64,000 bases of DNA. Origin: Thermodesulfobacteriota bacterium (GTDB taxonomy: Bacteria; Desulfobacterota_D; UBA1144; Nemesobacterales; Nemesobacteraceae). Position 1 is the stretch's first letter. Each line of letters begins with the position of its first letter. The stretch spans positions 896,001 through 960,000 of the forward strand of contig OZ241855.1 in assembly GCA_965202785.1 (NCBI GenBank), written 5' to 3'. A program made the translations under genes and the position numbers. Of this stretch, positions 47,043 to 56,836 are shown piece by piece. The notes beneath the pieces were generated by a model. The model did no database searches, was not told the DNA's origin, and saw nothing but the letters and a program-made list of their open reading frames with translations.

Positions 47043-48098
47043 TCAGCTGAGAGGCTCTTCCTTTGTCATGCAGTGTATAGCTCCAAATCCCCACACAAGG
47101 TCGACGCAGTCAATTCCCACTACATCTCTTGCGGGAAAAAGCTCTGACAGTATACCTAGCGCCTCGCGGTCTTTCGAATCGTTATAGATGGGGACGAGAA
47201 CTTTTTCGTTTGAGATGTAAAAATTGGCGTAAGTTGCCGGAAGTCTCTCGCCGTCGAAAAAAAGCGGTGAGGGCATTGGGATGGGGACGATTTCAATTTT
47301 TCCTCCGTCGTTAAGTCTTAGGTCCTGGAGTATCTCAAGGTTTTCGCGAAGCGAGCGGTAATTTGGGTCTTCAGTACTGTTCTCAAGGCATAAGGCAACC
47401 GTGCTGGGATCCGTAAACCTGCATATATCGTCAACATGGCCGTTTGTATCATCTCCCTCTATGCCTCCGTTAAGCCAGAGAATGTTCGTTGCGCCGAAAT
47501 ACTTGGAGAACGCCGCTTCGTAGTCGTTTTTCTCGAAAGAAGGATTCCTTACCTGTTTATCCGTGCTTAGAAGACACTGCTTAGTCGTTATTAGGAAACC
47601 CTCTCCGTTTACTTCAATGCTTCCGCCCTCAAGAATGATTTTCTTTCCAAGATGCGTAGGGGTTTCCGAGTCGACACAAAGCGTCTCGGCCACAAATCCC
47701 GGAACCATGTTGTCGTTTTCCCAGTCTGTGTACCTAGCCCATCCGTTAAACCCGAAATCAAGGACGCTCAGTCTTCTGGAATCATCTTTTACAAAAAATG
47801 GACCGGAATCCCGTATCCAGGACCTGTCTGTGGGGCACTCGTAGAACTCCAAGTTGGCAAGATCAGTTGATTTTTTTCTCAGAAAACCCTCGGCCCGCTT
47901 TTGTGTTTCTCCAGGGCCAACTATTATTTTCACCTTCTCTGATTCTGATAAGTGGCTTACGATTTCGCGGTAAACCCTCTTGATACCCGAGAATTTCCCC
48001 GGCCAGTCGCTTACGTTCTGTGGCCACACAAGCCACGTCGCGCTATGAGGTTCCCACTCAGCCGGAAGTCTGTAGCGAACCGCCGGAGAATCACTCAA
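47043..48098 (-). CDS. aguA: Agmatine deiminase family protein
   Basis: PAEWEPH, WIRDSGP, LEGGSI, DDTNGHVDD, YANF, GAIHCMT. Confidence 0.92.
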   Translation of the reverse strand: MSDSPAVRYRLPAEWEPHSATWLVWPQNVSDWPGKFSGIKRVYREIVSHLSESEKVKIIVGPGETQKRAEGFLRKKSTDLANLEFYECPTDRSWIRDSGPFFVKDDSRRLSVLDFGFNGWARYTDWENDNMVPGFVAETLCVDSETPTHLGKKIILEGGSIEVNGEGFLITTKQCLLSTDKQVRNPSFEKNDYEAAFSKYFGATNILWLNGGIEGDDTNGHVDDICRFTDPSTVALCLENSTEDPNYRSLRENLEILQDLRLNDGGKIEIVPIPMPSPLFFDGERLPATYANFYISNEKVLVPIYNDSKDREALGILSELFPARDVVGIDCVDLVWGFGAIHCMTKEEPLS

Positions 48099-48100
48099 TT

Positions 48101-48997
48101 TCAGGTACCGGAATCATTGTCGATAAACCTTTGCCGAAGCTCGGAGTAGGCGTCAATTCTTCGGTCTCGAAGAAAGGGCCAGTTTCTTCTTGTTTCCTCA
48201 AGCTTACGAAGATCGATGTCGGCCAGTATGATTTCCTCTCTATTACCAGAAGCCTCGCAAATCACCGCTCCTTGGGGGTCGCAAACAAAGGAATTTCCCC
48301 AGAAATCTATTCCTCCGCCGTTTTCTCCCGATTCTTCGAAGCCCACCCTGTTTACGGCCGCGACATAGATTCCGTTTGAGATTGCGTGGGCGCGCTGAAC
48401 GGTTTTCCATGCTTCAAGCTGAGTATTTTTCGAGCGTTCATCCTCGTTCGTGTGCCACCCTATGGCGGTCGGATAGAAGATAAGGTCTGCTCCCTTGAGC
48501 GAGGCTACACGTGCCGCTTCGGGATACCACTGGTCCCAGCAGATAAGTGTGCCTATCTTCGCAAAGCCGGTTTCAAAGCAGGAAAACCCCGTGTCTCCAG
48601 GAGCAAAATAGAACTTCTCGAAATAGCCGGGGTCATCCGGTATATGCATTTTTCTGTAAATGCCGGAAACCTCTCCCGCAGGGTCAATAAGGACAAGGGA
48701 GTTGTGATACACTCCGGAGGCTCTTTTTTCAAAGAGCGGACACACGATGAAAACCCCTCTTTTTTCCGCTTCCCCGCAGAATCTGTCCGTTGTGGGTCCG
48801 GGTATGGGTTCGGCGAGATCGAAACAGGCTGTATCCTCGGACTGGCAGAAGTACCTAGTGAGAAAGAGCTCAGGAAGACAGACTATGTTCGCTCCGAGCG
48901 CAGAAGCTTTTTCTACATTTAATATGGCTTCCTCTAGATTCTCCTCTCTGTTTTTGCGCACTCGGCTCTGAACGAGGGCGATTTTGAAGCTGCTCAT
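48101..48997 (-). CDS. aguB: N-carbamoylputrescine amidase (carbon-nitrogen hydrolase)
   Basis: LPELF, YRKMHIPDDPGYFEKFYF, ICWDQWYPEAAR, WPFLRDRR. Confidence 0.92.
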   Translation of the reverse strand: MSSFKIALVQSRVRKNREENLEEAILNVEKASALGANIVCLPELFLTRYFCQSEDTACFDLAEPIPGPTTDRFCGEAEKRGVFIVCPLFEKRASGVYHNSLVLIDPAGEVSGIYRKMHIPDDPGYFEKFYFAPGDTGFSCFETGFAKIGTLICWDQWYPEAARVASLKGADLIFYPTAIGWHTNEDERSKNTQLEAWKTVQRAHAISNGIYVAAVNRVGFEESGENGGGIDFWGNSFVCDPQGAVICEASGNREEIILADIDLRKLEETRRNWPFLRDRRIDAYSELRQRFIDNDSGT

Positions 48998-49129
48998 GCG
49001 AATACGATAACTCCGAAAGGGGGAGAATAAAAGAAGATGAGATGGCTTCTAAATGCGACTTTTCGATTAGGTAAACCAGAGTTTGTAACTGTTTTATTCG
49101 GGAAGCGGTGTTTTTTAATTGTTTTTCTA

Positions 49130-49292
49130 GTTTTATAATCATTTTTTTAGAAATACCAGAGAAATTAAAAGGTTTATTGGAATTTTTGAATTTGTAATCA
49201 TTTTATTGGAAATAGGCAAATTTATAATTATTTATTTTGCAAAAGCCAATTTTTTAATTATATTATGAGGAAAATAACGATTTTATTGGATT
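49130..49292. repeat. Degenerate ~29-30 bp AT-rich tandem repeat array
   Basis: TTT(A/G)TAAT(C/T)ATTT...GAAA units near 49132, 49191, 49220 and 49251; TTTATTGGA three times. Confidence 0.6.
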
Positions 49293-49297
49293 AGTTC

Positions 49298-50809
49298 ATG
49301 AAAACAAACGTTTCAAAAATACGCCCCGCAGGCTACGCTTGGCTCCTGAGCAGATTCGGATTGACCGCAATGCCTAACCCGCACAGTTCTTTTGTTGTGG
49401 CAACAGGTGGTCGGCAACAGAAAGTGCGGGATGATAGGATTGAAGATATTTATTCTCTTCAATACTGGCCCGGTGAAAAAATAGGGGACCATCTGGAATT
49501 TGCCTTGAAATATGACGGCGTAAGCCTGAGTTCTTTAAAGGTTATTTTCGATGCTGTCGCGGAAGATGAACTCGTCGATTACATCAAATCCAAGCCAACG
49601 GGGAAGTATGCTCGCCGCATCTGGTTTTTTTACGAGTTTTTAACTGGCCGCAGGCTCCCCATTGAAGATTTGTCCGGGGGGAATTATCTGGAAGCACTTG
49701 AACCGGACACCTATTACACCCTCCCTCAAGGTGAAAAATCTCAAAGACACCGCGTCATCAATAATTTGCTTGGAACAAGGGAGTTTTGTCCTATTGTCAG
49801 GAAAACGGAGAAGCTTGGAGAAATGGATCAGACCGATTTTCGAGAGAGATGCGAGAAGATAGTCGAATCATACCCTCCGCAACTACTTAGAAGGGCGTTA
49901 AGTTATCTTTACAGCAAAGAAACCAAATCTTCTTTTGAAATAGAAAACATTAAACCCGACGCATCACGGACTGAAAAATTCATAGCGTCTTTGGAGATGG
50001 CACGGCGGCAGGATTTCTGCGACAAGGAGTCGTTAATCGCCCTGCAGAATCGAATTGTCGATCCACGTTTCATGAACGAAGATTATCGAACGGTTCAGAA
50101 CTATGTAGGCCAGACGATTTCCTATCAAAAAGAGTTAATTCATTATGTATGTCCCAAGCCGGAAGATCTTCCTGACCTGATGCGGGGGCTTCTGACTTCT
50201 CACCGGTTTATGATGACCGGCGGTGTCTCAGCTATTGTTCACGCTGCTGTAGTAGCCTACGGCTTTGTTTTTATTCATCCGTTTGAAGACGGCAACGGCC
50301 GAATCCACCGGTTTCTGATCCACAATATTTTCTCCCTTCAAGGAATGGTTCCGGAAGGTCTGATGTTTCCCGTATCTGCGGTAATGCTTAACAATCCAGA
50401 AGACTACAATGATTCTTTAGAGGTGTTTTCACTTCCCTTAAACCGACTTGTGGAATACAGTCTGGATGAGCTTGCCCGGATGACTGTCCACAACGATACT
50501 GCTGACTGGTATCGTTACATTGATATGACTGTACAAGCGGAAGCCTTATATGATTTTGTCATTCAGACCGTTGAGAGCGAACTTGTAGAGGAGTTGAGTT
50601 TCCTTGCAAACTACGACAGTACTAAAAAAGCGATTCAGGATATTATCGATATGCCCGACCGCCTGATAGATTTGTTTATCCGTATTTGCCTTGAAAACAA
50701 CGGCAGACTGTCTGCGAACAAAAGAAAATCACATTTTGATTTCTTGAATGATGACGAACTTTTTTCAATGGAAACCATTATTAGGGAAAACTATGAGCGA
50801 TTATCCTGA
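49298..50809 (+). CDS. Fic family protein (503 aa, long N-terminal domain)
   Basis: HLEFALKYDG, PTGKYARRIWFFYE, ETKSSFEIE, HPFEDGNGRIHR. Confidence 0.92.
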   Translation: MKTNVSKIRPAGYAWLLSRFGLTAMPNPHSSFVVATGGRQQKVRDDRIEDIYSLQYWPGEKIGDHLEFALKYDGVSLSSLKVIFDAVAEDELVDYIKSKPTGKYARRIWFFYEFLTGRRLPIEDLSGGNYLEALEPDTYYTLPQGEKSQRHRVINNLLGTREFCPIVRKTEKLGEMDQTDFRERCEKIVESYPPQLLRRALSYLYSKETKSSFEIENIKPDASRTEKFIASLEMARRQDFCDKESLIALQNRIVDPRFMNEDYRTVQNYVGQTISYQKELIHYVCPKPEDLPDLMRGLLTSHRFMMTGGVSAIVHAAVVAYGFVFIHPFEDGNGRIHRFLIHNIFSLQGMVPEGLMFPVSAVMLNNPEDYNDSLEVFSLPLNRLVEYSLDELARMTVHNDTADWYRYIDMTVQAEALYDFVIQTVESELVEELSFLANYDSTKKAIQDIIDMPDRLIDLFIRICLENNGRLSANKRKSHFDFLNDDELFSMETIIRENYERLS

Positions 50810-50817
50810 TCAGGTGC

Positions 50818-51588
50818 TTGGATAACATGTACGAATACGATCTTCTTTCTTTGGCTCTGCTTTTTTTCACGGGCGTTCTTGCGGGAGTGATAAACGTTAT
50901 GGCGGGCGGCGGAAGCAGCATTGTTCTTCCGGTGCTCATATTTCTTGGAATCGATCCCACTGTCGCAAACGGAACAAACAGGGTAGCGATTTTGTTTCAG
51001 AATTTCTTCGCGACTCTTTCCTTTAAAAAAGAGGGTGTTGCCGACATAAAAACCAGCGTCAAGCTTGCGGTTTTCACTCTCCCCGGCGTTCTTGTGGGAG
51101 CTTTCGCGGCGGTACGGGTCGGGGATGAGCTTTTCGAGAAAATTCTGGCCGTCGTACTTATCTTTGTCTGCGCTTCTTTTTTCCTTAAAGTTGATTCTTT
51201 TGGCAAGCTGCTCGGCGGACACGACGGGGAGGGACAGGGATGGATTCTTTATCCGGCACTTGTGCTTATAGGTTTTTACGGCGGCTTTATACAAGTCGGC
51301 GTGGGGATCTTCATAATGGCGGCTCTTTACCATCTTATGGGAGCATCACTCGCCAAGGTAAACGCGCACAAAGTGATTGTGGTGCTTATCTACACGATTC
51401 CGGCAATCCTTATATTTTTTCTAAGCGGCAACATAAGCTGGTTCATAGGTATCTGTCTTGCCGCGGGAAATTCGGTTGGCGGATGGTTCGGTGCCACGTT
51501 TTCTGTAAGGGGCGGCGAAAAATACATAAGGATGGTACTTGTTGTTGCCGTCGGGCTTATGGCTCTTAAGCTACTCGGGGTATTTTAA
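50818..51588 (+). CDS. TauE/SafE family (sulfite exporter) membrane protein
   Basis: INVMAGGGS, ANGTNRV, GFYGGFIQVGVG. Confidence 0.9.
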   Translation: MDNMYEYDLLSLALLFFTGVLAGVINVMAGGGSSIVLPVLIFLGIDPTVANGTNRVAILFQNFFATLSFKKEGVADIKTSVKLAVFTLPGVLVGAFAAVRVGDELFEKILAVVLIFVCASFFLKVDSFGKLLGGHDGEGQGWILYPALVLIGFYGGFIQVGVGIFIMAALYHLMGASLAKVNAHKVIVVLIYTIPAILIFFLSGNISWFIGICLAAGNSVGGWFGATFSVRGGEKYIRMVLVVAVGLMALKLLGVF

Positions 51589-51602
51589 GCGCTGGGTGGA
51601 TG

Positions 51603-53621
51603 TCATGCGCCTGAGCCTGGGAGGGGATCCGCCTCGGTCTTTCTCAGAAATTCGTACAGTGTGTGGTAGATGTTTTTGTTCTGTATCAGTCCCTCGTGAG
51701 TTCCCTGCTCCACCACTTCTCCTTTATGGATCACTATTACGTTATCCACGTTCTTTAGGGTTGAGAGCTTGTGGGTTATCACGAGCCTTGCCTGGGAGCC
51801 CGCGTTCTTCCTTATCACTTCCTGTATCCTTTCTTCAGTTTCCGCGTCCAGGTGGGAAGTCGCCTCGTCCATTATAAGGAGTTTCGAATCTTTCCTGACC
51901 GCTTTTTCGATCGATCGGGCCTGGGTTTCTCCCGAGGAAAGCTTTACGGTTTCGGCTGCTTGGCCATCCCTCTCGTCGGATACGTCCTTTTCGAACAGAA
52001 ACAGGTCCTGGAAGATGGCGGTTATATTCGAGCGCAGATACCGGTTTGACAGTTCCTCGATGTCTATGCCATTGAAGAGAATCTGGCCTCTTTGGGGTTT
52101 ATAGAATTTAAGGATCAGGTTCACGATGGTCGTCTTCCCCGCTCCCGTGATTCCCACAAGGGCGGTGCTTTCCCCCGGTTTTATTACGAAGGATGCGTTT
52201 TTGAGCACCCATTCGCGCTCGTTATACGAAAACCATACGCCCCGGAACTCAAGAGAGCCTTCGGTTGTTGCGGGCACCAGAGATCCGCTTGCCTCGGGTT
52301 TTTCCGCCAGAGTGTCGTAGAGGTTTTCAGAGGCGGCAACGGCGGACTGGAAGACATTGAATTTTTCAGAAAGCTCTTGGATGGGCTTGAATATCATCCT
52401 CACGTAGTAAAGAAACGCGAGCAGGGCGCCCAGGGAGAGATCAAGGTTCATAACCCCGATTGCCCCGTACCAAAGTATTATCCCTGTTGCCGCTATGCCC
52501 ACGTACTCTATTGAAGGGCGGAAAAACACGTAGACCCAGAGCTGCTGTATGTTGGCCCTGTAGTTCTCCGTGTTTACCTCCCAGAATTTCTCGAAGTTTC
52601 TTTTCTCTTTTCCGTAAAGCTTGAGGAGCACTATTCCCCTCATGCTTTCGGCGACAAAGGCGTTAAGCTTGCCTATGGTTCGTCGAATCTCCCTGTACAC
52701 CAGTCGGAGCTTCATTCGGAAAATGGAGACCGTGAAAGTAAGAAACGCCGTAAGCGCGACGATTATAAGCGTGAGTCCGACGTTCATCCTGAACATGATC
52801 ACCAGGGTGCCGATTATGATTATGATGTCCTTTATGAAATGTATGAGGACGGAGGTGTACATTTCGTTTATGGCATTCACGTCGTTTGTAACGCGGGTGG
52901 TTATCCTGCCCACGGGGTTCCGGTCGAAGTACTGCTGAGGGAGGGTGAATATGTGGGAGAGGGTGTGGTTCCGCATGTCATGCATTATTTTTTGACCCGA
53001 GTAGTGAAGAATGTAGGTAAAAGAACAGGTGAAGATGAAAATTCCGACTACGGATAAAACCACGTATAAAGCGAGGGTCTTGAGCCTTTTTGTCTGTTGT
53101 GAGCGAAGAATCGACACTTCCTTTTTGCCGAGCGACTCAAGGTCCGAGTGAGCAAGAAACGCGGTCCCCTCGGTTTCCTCGAACAAGGACGCGTTTCGGG
53201 CTATTATTCCCAAAACCTCCCGCTTTTCATCTCCCCCAAATTCTCCGGGGTCGACCACGATGTATTTTGTCTCTGAGAACTCAACGCCCGAGCGCTCGAT
53301 TCTGTCTTTCTCCGAGGAGGAGAGCTTTGAGAAATCGACCAGAAACCCTCCGTCCGCAAGGGCAAACGTGGATTTCGCCCCGAGCCCCGAAAGCGCCCGC
53401 TCCGTTTCTTCCCCTCTCTCTGCCCTGCTCCATGTAGGATAGATATAGTCATCGACCGCGACTTTGATGAGATAGGGAACCGTGATTTCAAGCGCCGCCG
53501 TAGCCATCATCAGAAGAAGCGACAGGGTGAAGTAACCGCGGTACTTCCCCAAAAAGCCCAGAATCCACCCCAGAATCTTAAGATCGTAGGTTGATTTCCT
53601 GTTTTTTTCCAACTCGCTCAT
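51603..53621 (-). CDS. ABC exporter fused TMD-NBD subunit (TM288-like) with shortened NBD
   Basis: FDRNPVGRITTRVTNDV, GITGAGKT, MDEATSHLD, ITHKLS; signature degenerate (LSSGE). Confidence 0.9.
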   Translation of the reverse strand: MSELEKNRKSTYDLKILGWILGFLGKYRGYFTLSLLLMMATAALEITVPYLIKVAVDDYIYPTWSRAERGEETERALSGLGAKSTFALADGGFLVDFSKLSSSEKDRIERSGVEFSETKYIVVDPGEFGGDEKREVLGIIARNASLFEETEGTAFLAHSDLESLGKKEVSILRSQQTKRLKTLALYVVLSVVGIFIFTCSFTYILHYSGQKIMHDMRNHTLSHIFTLPQQYFDRNPVGRITTRVTNDVNAINEMYTSVLIHFIKDIIIIIGTLVIMFRMNVGLTLIIVALTAFLTFTVSIFRMKLRLVYREIRRTIGKLNAFVAESMRGIVLLKLYGKEKRNFEKFWEVNTENYRANIQQLWVYVFFRPSIEYVGIAATGIILWYGAIGVMNLDLSLGALLAFLYYVRMIFKPIQELSEKFNVFQSAVAASENLYDTLAEKPEASGSLVPATTEGSLEFRGVWFSYNEREWVLKNASFVIKPGESTALVGITGAGKTTIVNLILKFYKPQRGQILFNGIDIEELSNRYLRSNITAIFQDLFLFEKDVSDERDGQAAETVKLSSGETQARSIEKAVRKDSKLLIMDEATSHLDAETEERIQEVIRKNAGSQARLVITHKLSTLKNVDNVIVIHKGEVVEQGTHEGLIQNKNIYHTLYEFLRKTEADPLPGSGA

Positions 53622-53630
53622 TTGTACATC

Positions 53631-55421
53631 CTAGACAGACTGCAGTTTTTCAAGCGCGTAGTAGACTCCGCGTCGCTCCACAAGTTCCCCGCGCCCCCCG
53701 CTCTCGATTATCTGCCCGTTTTTCATGACCGCGATTCGCGAGAGTCCCACCACAGAAGATATTCTGTTTGAGATTATGACCACCGTGCGCCCGCGCATTG
53801 CCTCTATCACATTTGTTATCACGGTGTTCTCCGTCTGGGGATCAAGGGACGAGAGCACGTCATCGAGTATAAGGACCTCGGGCCTGAGCACCAGGGCCCT
53901 CGCTATGGCCAGGCGCTGTCTCTGCCCTCCCGAAAGGCTGAGTCCCCGCTCTCCCACCACGGTGTCGAATCCCTGCTGAAACTCCATTATCTGTTCGTAT
54001 ATCCCCGCCGTTTTGGCGGCCTGCTCTACCTGCTCGCGGGTTATGTCAGGGTTTATGAAGGTGATGTTGTCATAAACCGTTCCGCTGAACACGGTTATTT
54101 CCTGCGGCACGTAGACTACGGTTTCCTGAAGGCTTTTTCTTGATATTCCCCCTATGTCGATCCCGTCGATCGTTATTCCTCCCGACTCGGTCTCGTGGAT
54201 CTTCAAGAGCAGCTTCATCAGGGTGGTTTTCCCCGAGCCCACAAGCCCCGTTATTCCCAGAGTCGCGCCGCGGGGTATGTGCAGGTTAACATTGCGCAGA
54301 GCCGGGGTGGAGCCGTAGGAGAAGGAAACCCCGGAGAATTTTATGTCTCCCTTTAGCTCATAGTCCTTCTCCCCTGCCCGGGTTTCGTCTTTTTCTTCGA
54401 CTGCGAAAATGTTGTTCAGCCGGTTTATCGAAGCGTTTCCCCTCTTTAGTAGATCAATCGCCCACCCCATGGCCATCATGGGCCAGGCGAGCATCATGAG
54501 GTAAACCAGTATGGCGGAGAATTCCCCGAGGGTTATTTCGGTGCCGATCGCTCCTGCTCCCCCGAAGAAAAGAAACAGGGCCGTTGCTAATGAGGGTACA
54601 AAATATATAAACGGCTGAAAGCCCGCCCGGATTTTCACCAGGCGTACATTTTTTTCAAGATAATCCGCGCTTGCGCGGTCAAAATCCCGCTCCTCGGCCT
54701 GCTCAAGCCCGAATGCCTTTACCACCTTGATTCCCGAGACCGGCTTCCTCGCACTTTCGGTGAGCTCTGAGAAGGAGTCCTGGGAACGCTGGAATCTGCT
54801 CTCTATCATGTTCCCGAACTTGTATATGAAGACAGCGAGCACGGGAAACGGCAAGAACGCGTAGAGGGCCATCTCGGGAGAAATGTAGATCATCGCGGCG
54901 AAGATGAAGAAAAACAAGAAGACTCCGTCGTACGCTATGAGCAGCCCCAGGCCGCAGGAGAACTTGAGAGTTTCTATGTCGTTTACCGTGTGCGCCATCA
55001 GGTCGCCGACCTTTCTTCCCGAGAAGAAATCGAAATTAAGCTTTTGGACGTGCTCGAAAAAATCGTTTCTGAGGGAGTACTCTATTTTTCTCGCCCCGCC
55101 CATTATGAAATACCGCCAGCCAAGTCGAAAAAACGCCATGAGCAGCCCGAGACCGAGTATGTAGAGGGAGTACTTGGTTATGAGGGAAAAATCTGTGCTC
55201 TGCAGGGTGAGTTCATCTATTATCCACTGGATTACTATGGGAACCGATAGCTGCGCCATATCCACCAGCGTGAGAGACACAAGACCGGTTAGAAACGAGT
55301 ACCGGTACCGTAAAATAAGGGAGGAGATGCTTGTTTTTCTGATCAACGGTATACGAGAATATCTTACAGGACCAAAAAGCCGGACGGCTACCAAGCCTTG
55401 GTCCCGCCGGATAAAAAGCAA
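53631..55421 (-). CDS. ABC exporter fused TMD-NBD subunit (TM287-like); true start may be further downstream
   Basis: GDLMAHTVND, WPMMAMGW, GLVGSGKT, LSGGQRQR, ILDDVLSSLD (non-catalytic Walker B). Confidence 0.92.
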   Translation of the reverse strand: MLFIRRDQGLVAVRLFGPVRYSRIPLIRKTSISSLILRYRYSFLTGLVSLTLVDMAQLSVPIVIQWIIDELTLQSTDFSLITKYSLYILGLGLLMAFFRLGWRYFIMGGARKIEYSLRNDFFEHVQKLNFDFFSGRKVGDLMAHTVNDIETLKFSCGLGLLIAYDGVFLFFFIFAAMIYISPEMALYAFLPFPVLAVFIYKFGNMIESRFQRSQDSFSELTESARKPVSGIKVVKAFGLEQAEERDFDRASADYLEKNVRLVKIRAGFQPFIYFVPSLATALFLFFGGAGAIGTEITLGEFSAILVYLMMLAWPMMAMGWAIDLLKRGNASINRLNNIFAVEEKDETRAGEKDYELKGDIKFSGVSFSYGSTPALRNVNLHIPRGATLGITGLVGSGKTTLMKLLLKIHETESGGITIDGIDIGGISRKSLQETVVYVPQEITVFSGTVYDNITFINPDITREQVEQAAKTAGIYEQIMEFQQGFDTVVGERGLSLSGGQRQRLAIARALVLRPEVLILDDVLSSLDPQTENTVITNVIEAMRGRTVVIISNRISSVVGLSRIAVMKNGQIIESGGRGELVERRGVYYALEKLQSV

Positions 55422-55555
55422 ATTTCAGGCGGCACTCGACCGCTAAATCATTATACAGTGAAAAATCCGCAGAGGATAATCTGCCGTGTCCTGGGGGGCG
55501 GATTTTGCCCGGACGGTCGGAGATAGGGTATTTTTTTCGAGCGGAGGCAAATAGC

Positions 55556-56167
55556 GTGGAGGATGTTTCCTATCAGGTTCCTGCGGGGGTTTCGACGGCG
55601 CAGCGGATTATAAAGAAAAGCAGGTTCATAGCCACTGTCGGGCGGGCAGGCACAAGAGGCGAGGCCGAAGATTTCATAGCGAGCGTAAGGGCTCTTCACC
55701 CCACGGCGAGTCATAACTGCTATGCGTTTTTGGCCTGCGCCCCGGGGGGGACGGATATCGGTTTCGGCGATGACGGGGAGGTCTCGGGAACCGCCGGGCG
55801 GCCCATGATGACTCTTTTGGAGCACAGCGGAATAGGGGAGATAGCGGTCGTGGTAACCCGGTATTTCGGAGGGATAAAACTCGGCCCCGGCGGGCTTCTG
55901 AGGGCATACACGGATTCCCTGCGGGCGGCCTTGGGGGAGCTTGAGCTTAAGGACCATGTCCCGGTGCGGGCGGGGCACCTGGTTTTTTCCTATGCGCATG
56001 AGAATTCCATACGGATTCTGTTTGAGAAATCGGGTGTTACGATAACCAGCGTCGAGCGCGGAGAGGATGTTCGCTTCGGTTTCACGGCGCCTCTTGGCGT
56101 CATCGCAAACCTTGAAGAGAAAGTTGCCTCCCTGACCAGAGGGAAATCCAAGCTTGTCTGGACATAG
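55556..56167 (+). CDS. YigZ/IMPACT family protein
   Basis: IKKSRFIA, ASHNCYA, DDGE.SGTAGRP, VTRYFGGIKLGPGGLLRAY; GGAGG SD before GTG 55556. Confidence 0.92.
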   Translation: MEDVSYQVPAGVSTAQRIIKKSRFIATVGRAGTRGEAEDFIASVRALHPTASHNCYAFLACAPGGTDIGFGDDGEVSGTAGRPMMTLLEHSGIGEIAVVVTRYFGGIKLGPGGLLRAYTDSLRAALGELELKDHVPVRAGHLVFSYAHENSIRILFEKSGVTITSVERGEDVRFGFTAPLGVIANLEEKVASLTRGKSKLVWT

Positions 56168-56265
56168 CGGGGCGGAGGACTCGTTTAGAGCGGGTATTTC
56201 CTGTTCTGCCGTAAGGTCAAAGCCGGTATACTAACTTTCAATCAATTTCACAGGTGGAGGCGGTT

Positions 56266-56778
56266 ATGAACGTTTACGAGTGCGTAAGATCGCTTAGTTC
56301 CGTAAGAAGTTACCTCGACGCAGAGGTTCCAGACGAAGTCATCATGGAGGTCATGGAGTCAGGGAGGCTCTCGCCGAGCGCCCACAACAATCAGCCGTGG
56401 GAATTTGTGCTTATAAAGGACCGCGCAATGCTCCGGGAAATGGGAAAGTACTGCACAAGCGGCAGCTTCATCGTGCAGGTGGCTTTCGCGGTGGTGCTCT
56501 TGGTGGATCCGCGAAGCAAGTGGCACCAGATTGACGGCACTAGGGCCGCGCAGAACATGGTTTTAGTGGCGTGGAGCCACGGACTTGGGTCCTGCTGGAT
56601 AGGAAGAATAGAGAAGGAAGAGCTTAAAAGGTATCTTGGAGTGCCGGAAGAACTCGACGTCCTTACCGTGCTTCCCTTCGGTTACTTCGACAAAAGGCGG
56701 GTCGCTGCCGGGAAGTTGAGGAAAAGTCCGGACGAGGTCTTTCATCTGGACGGTTACGGAAAAAGAATTCCGGAATAA
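56266..56778 (+). CDS. Nitroreductase family protein
   Basis: SVRSY, SPSAHNNQPWEF, AAQNMVL.A...GLGSCWIG. Confidence 0.92.
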   Translation: MNVYECVRSLSSVRSYLDAEVPDEVIMEVMESGRLSPSAHNNQPWEFVLIKDRAMLREMGKYCTSGSFIVQVAFAVVLLVDPRSKWHQIDGTRAAQNMVLVAWSHGLGSCWIGRIEKEELKRYLGVPEELDVLTVLPFGYFDKRRVAAGKLRKSPDEVFHLDGYGKRIPE

Positions 56779-56836
56779 GAGGCTTGCGGGGCTTTTCGCG
56801 TGGCGGACGAAAAAGCGTACTGACGGAAGATTTCAG

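Noticed and set aside
47043-48997. aguB-aguA pair as a novel pathway
   Set aside because: Well-known agmatine deiminase route to putrescine
49130-49292. CRISPR array
   Set aside because: Repeats are degenerate with no unique spacers, and no cas genes are present
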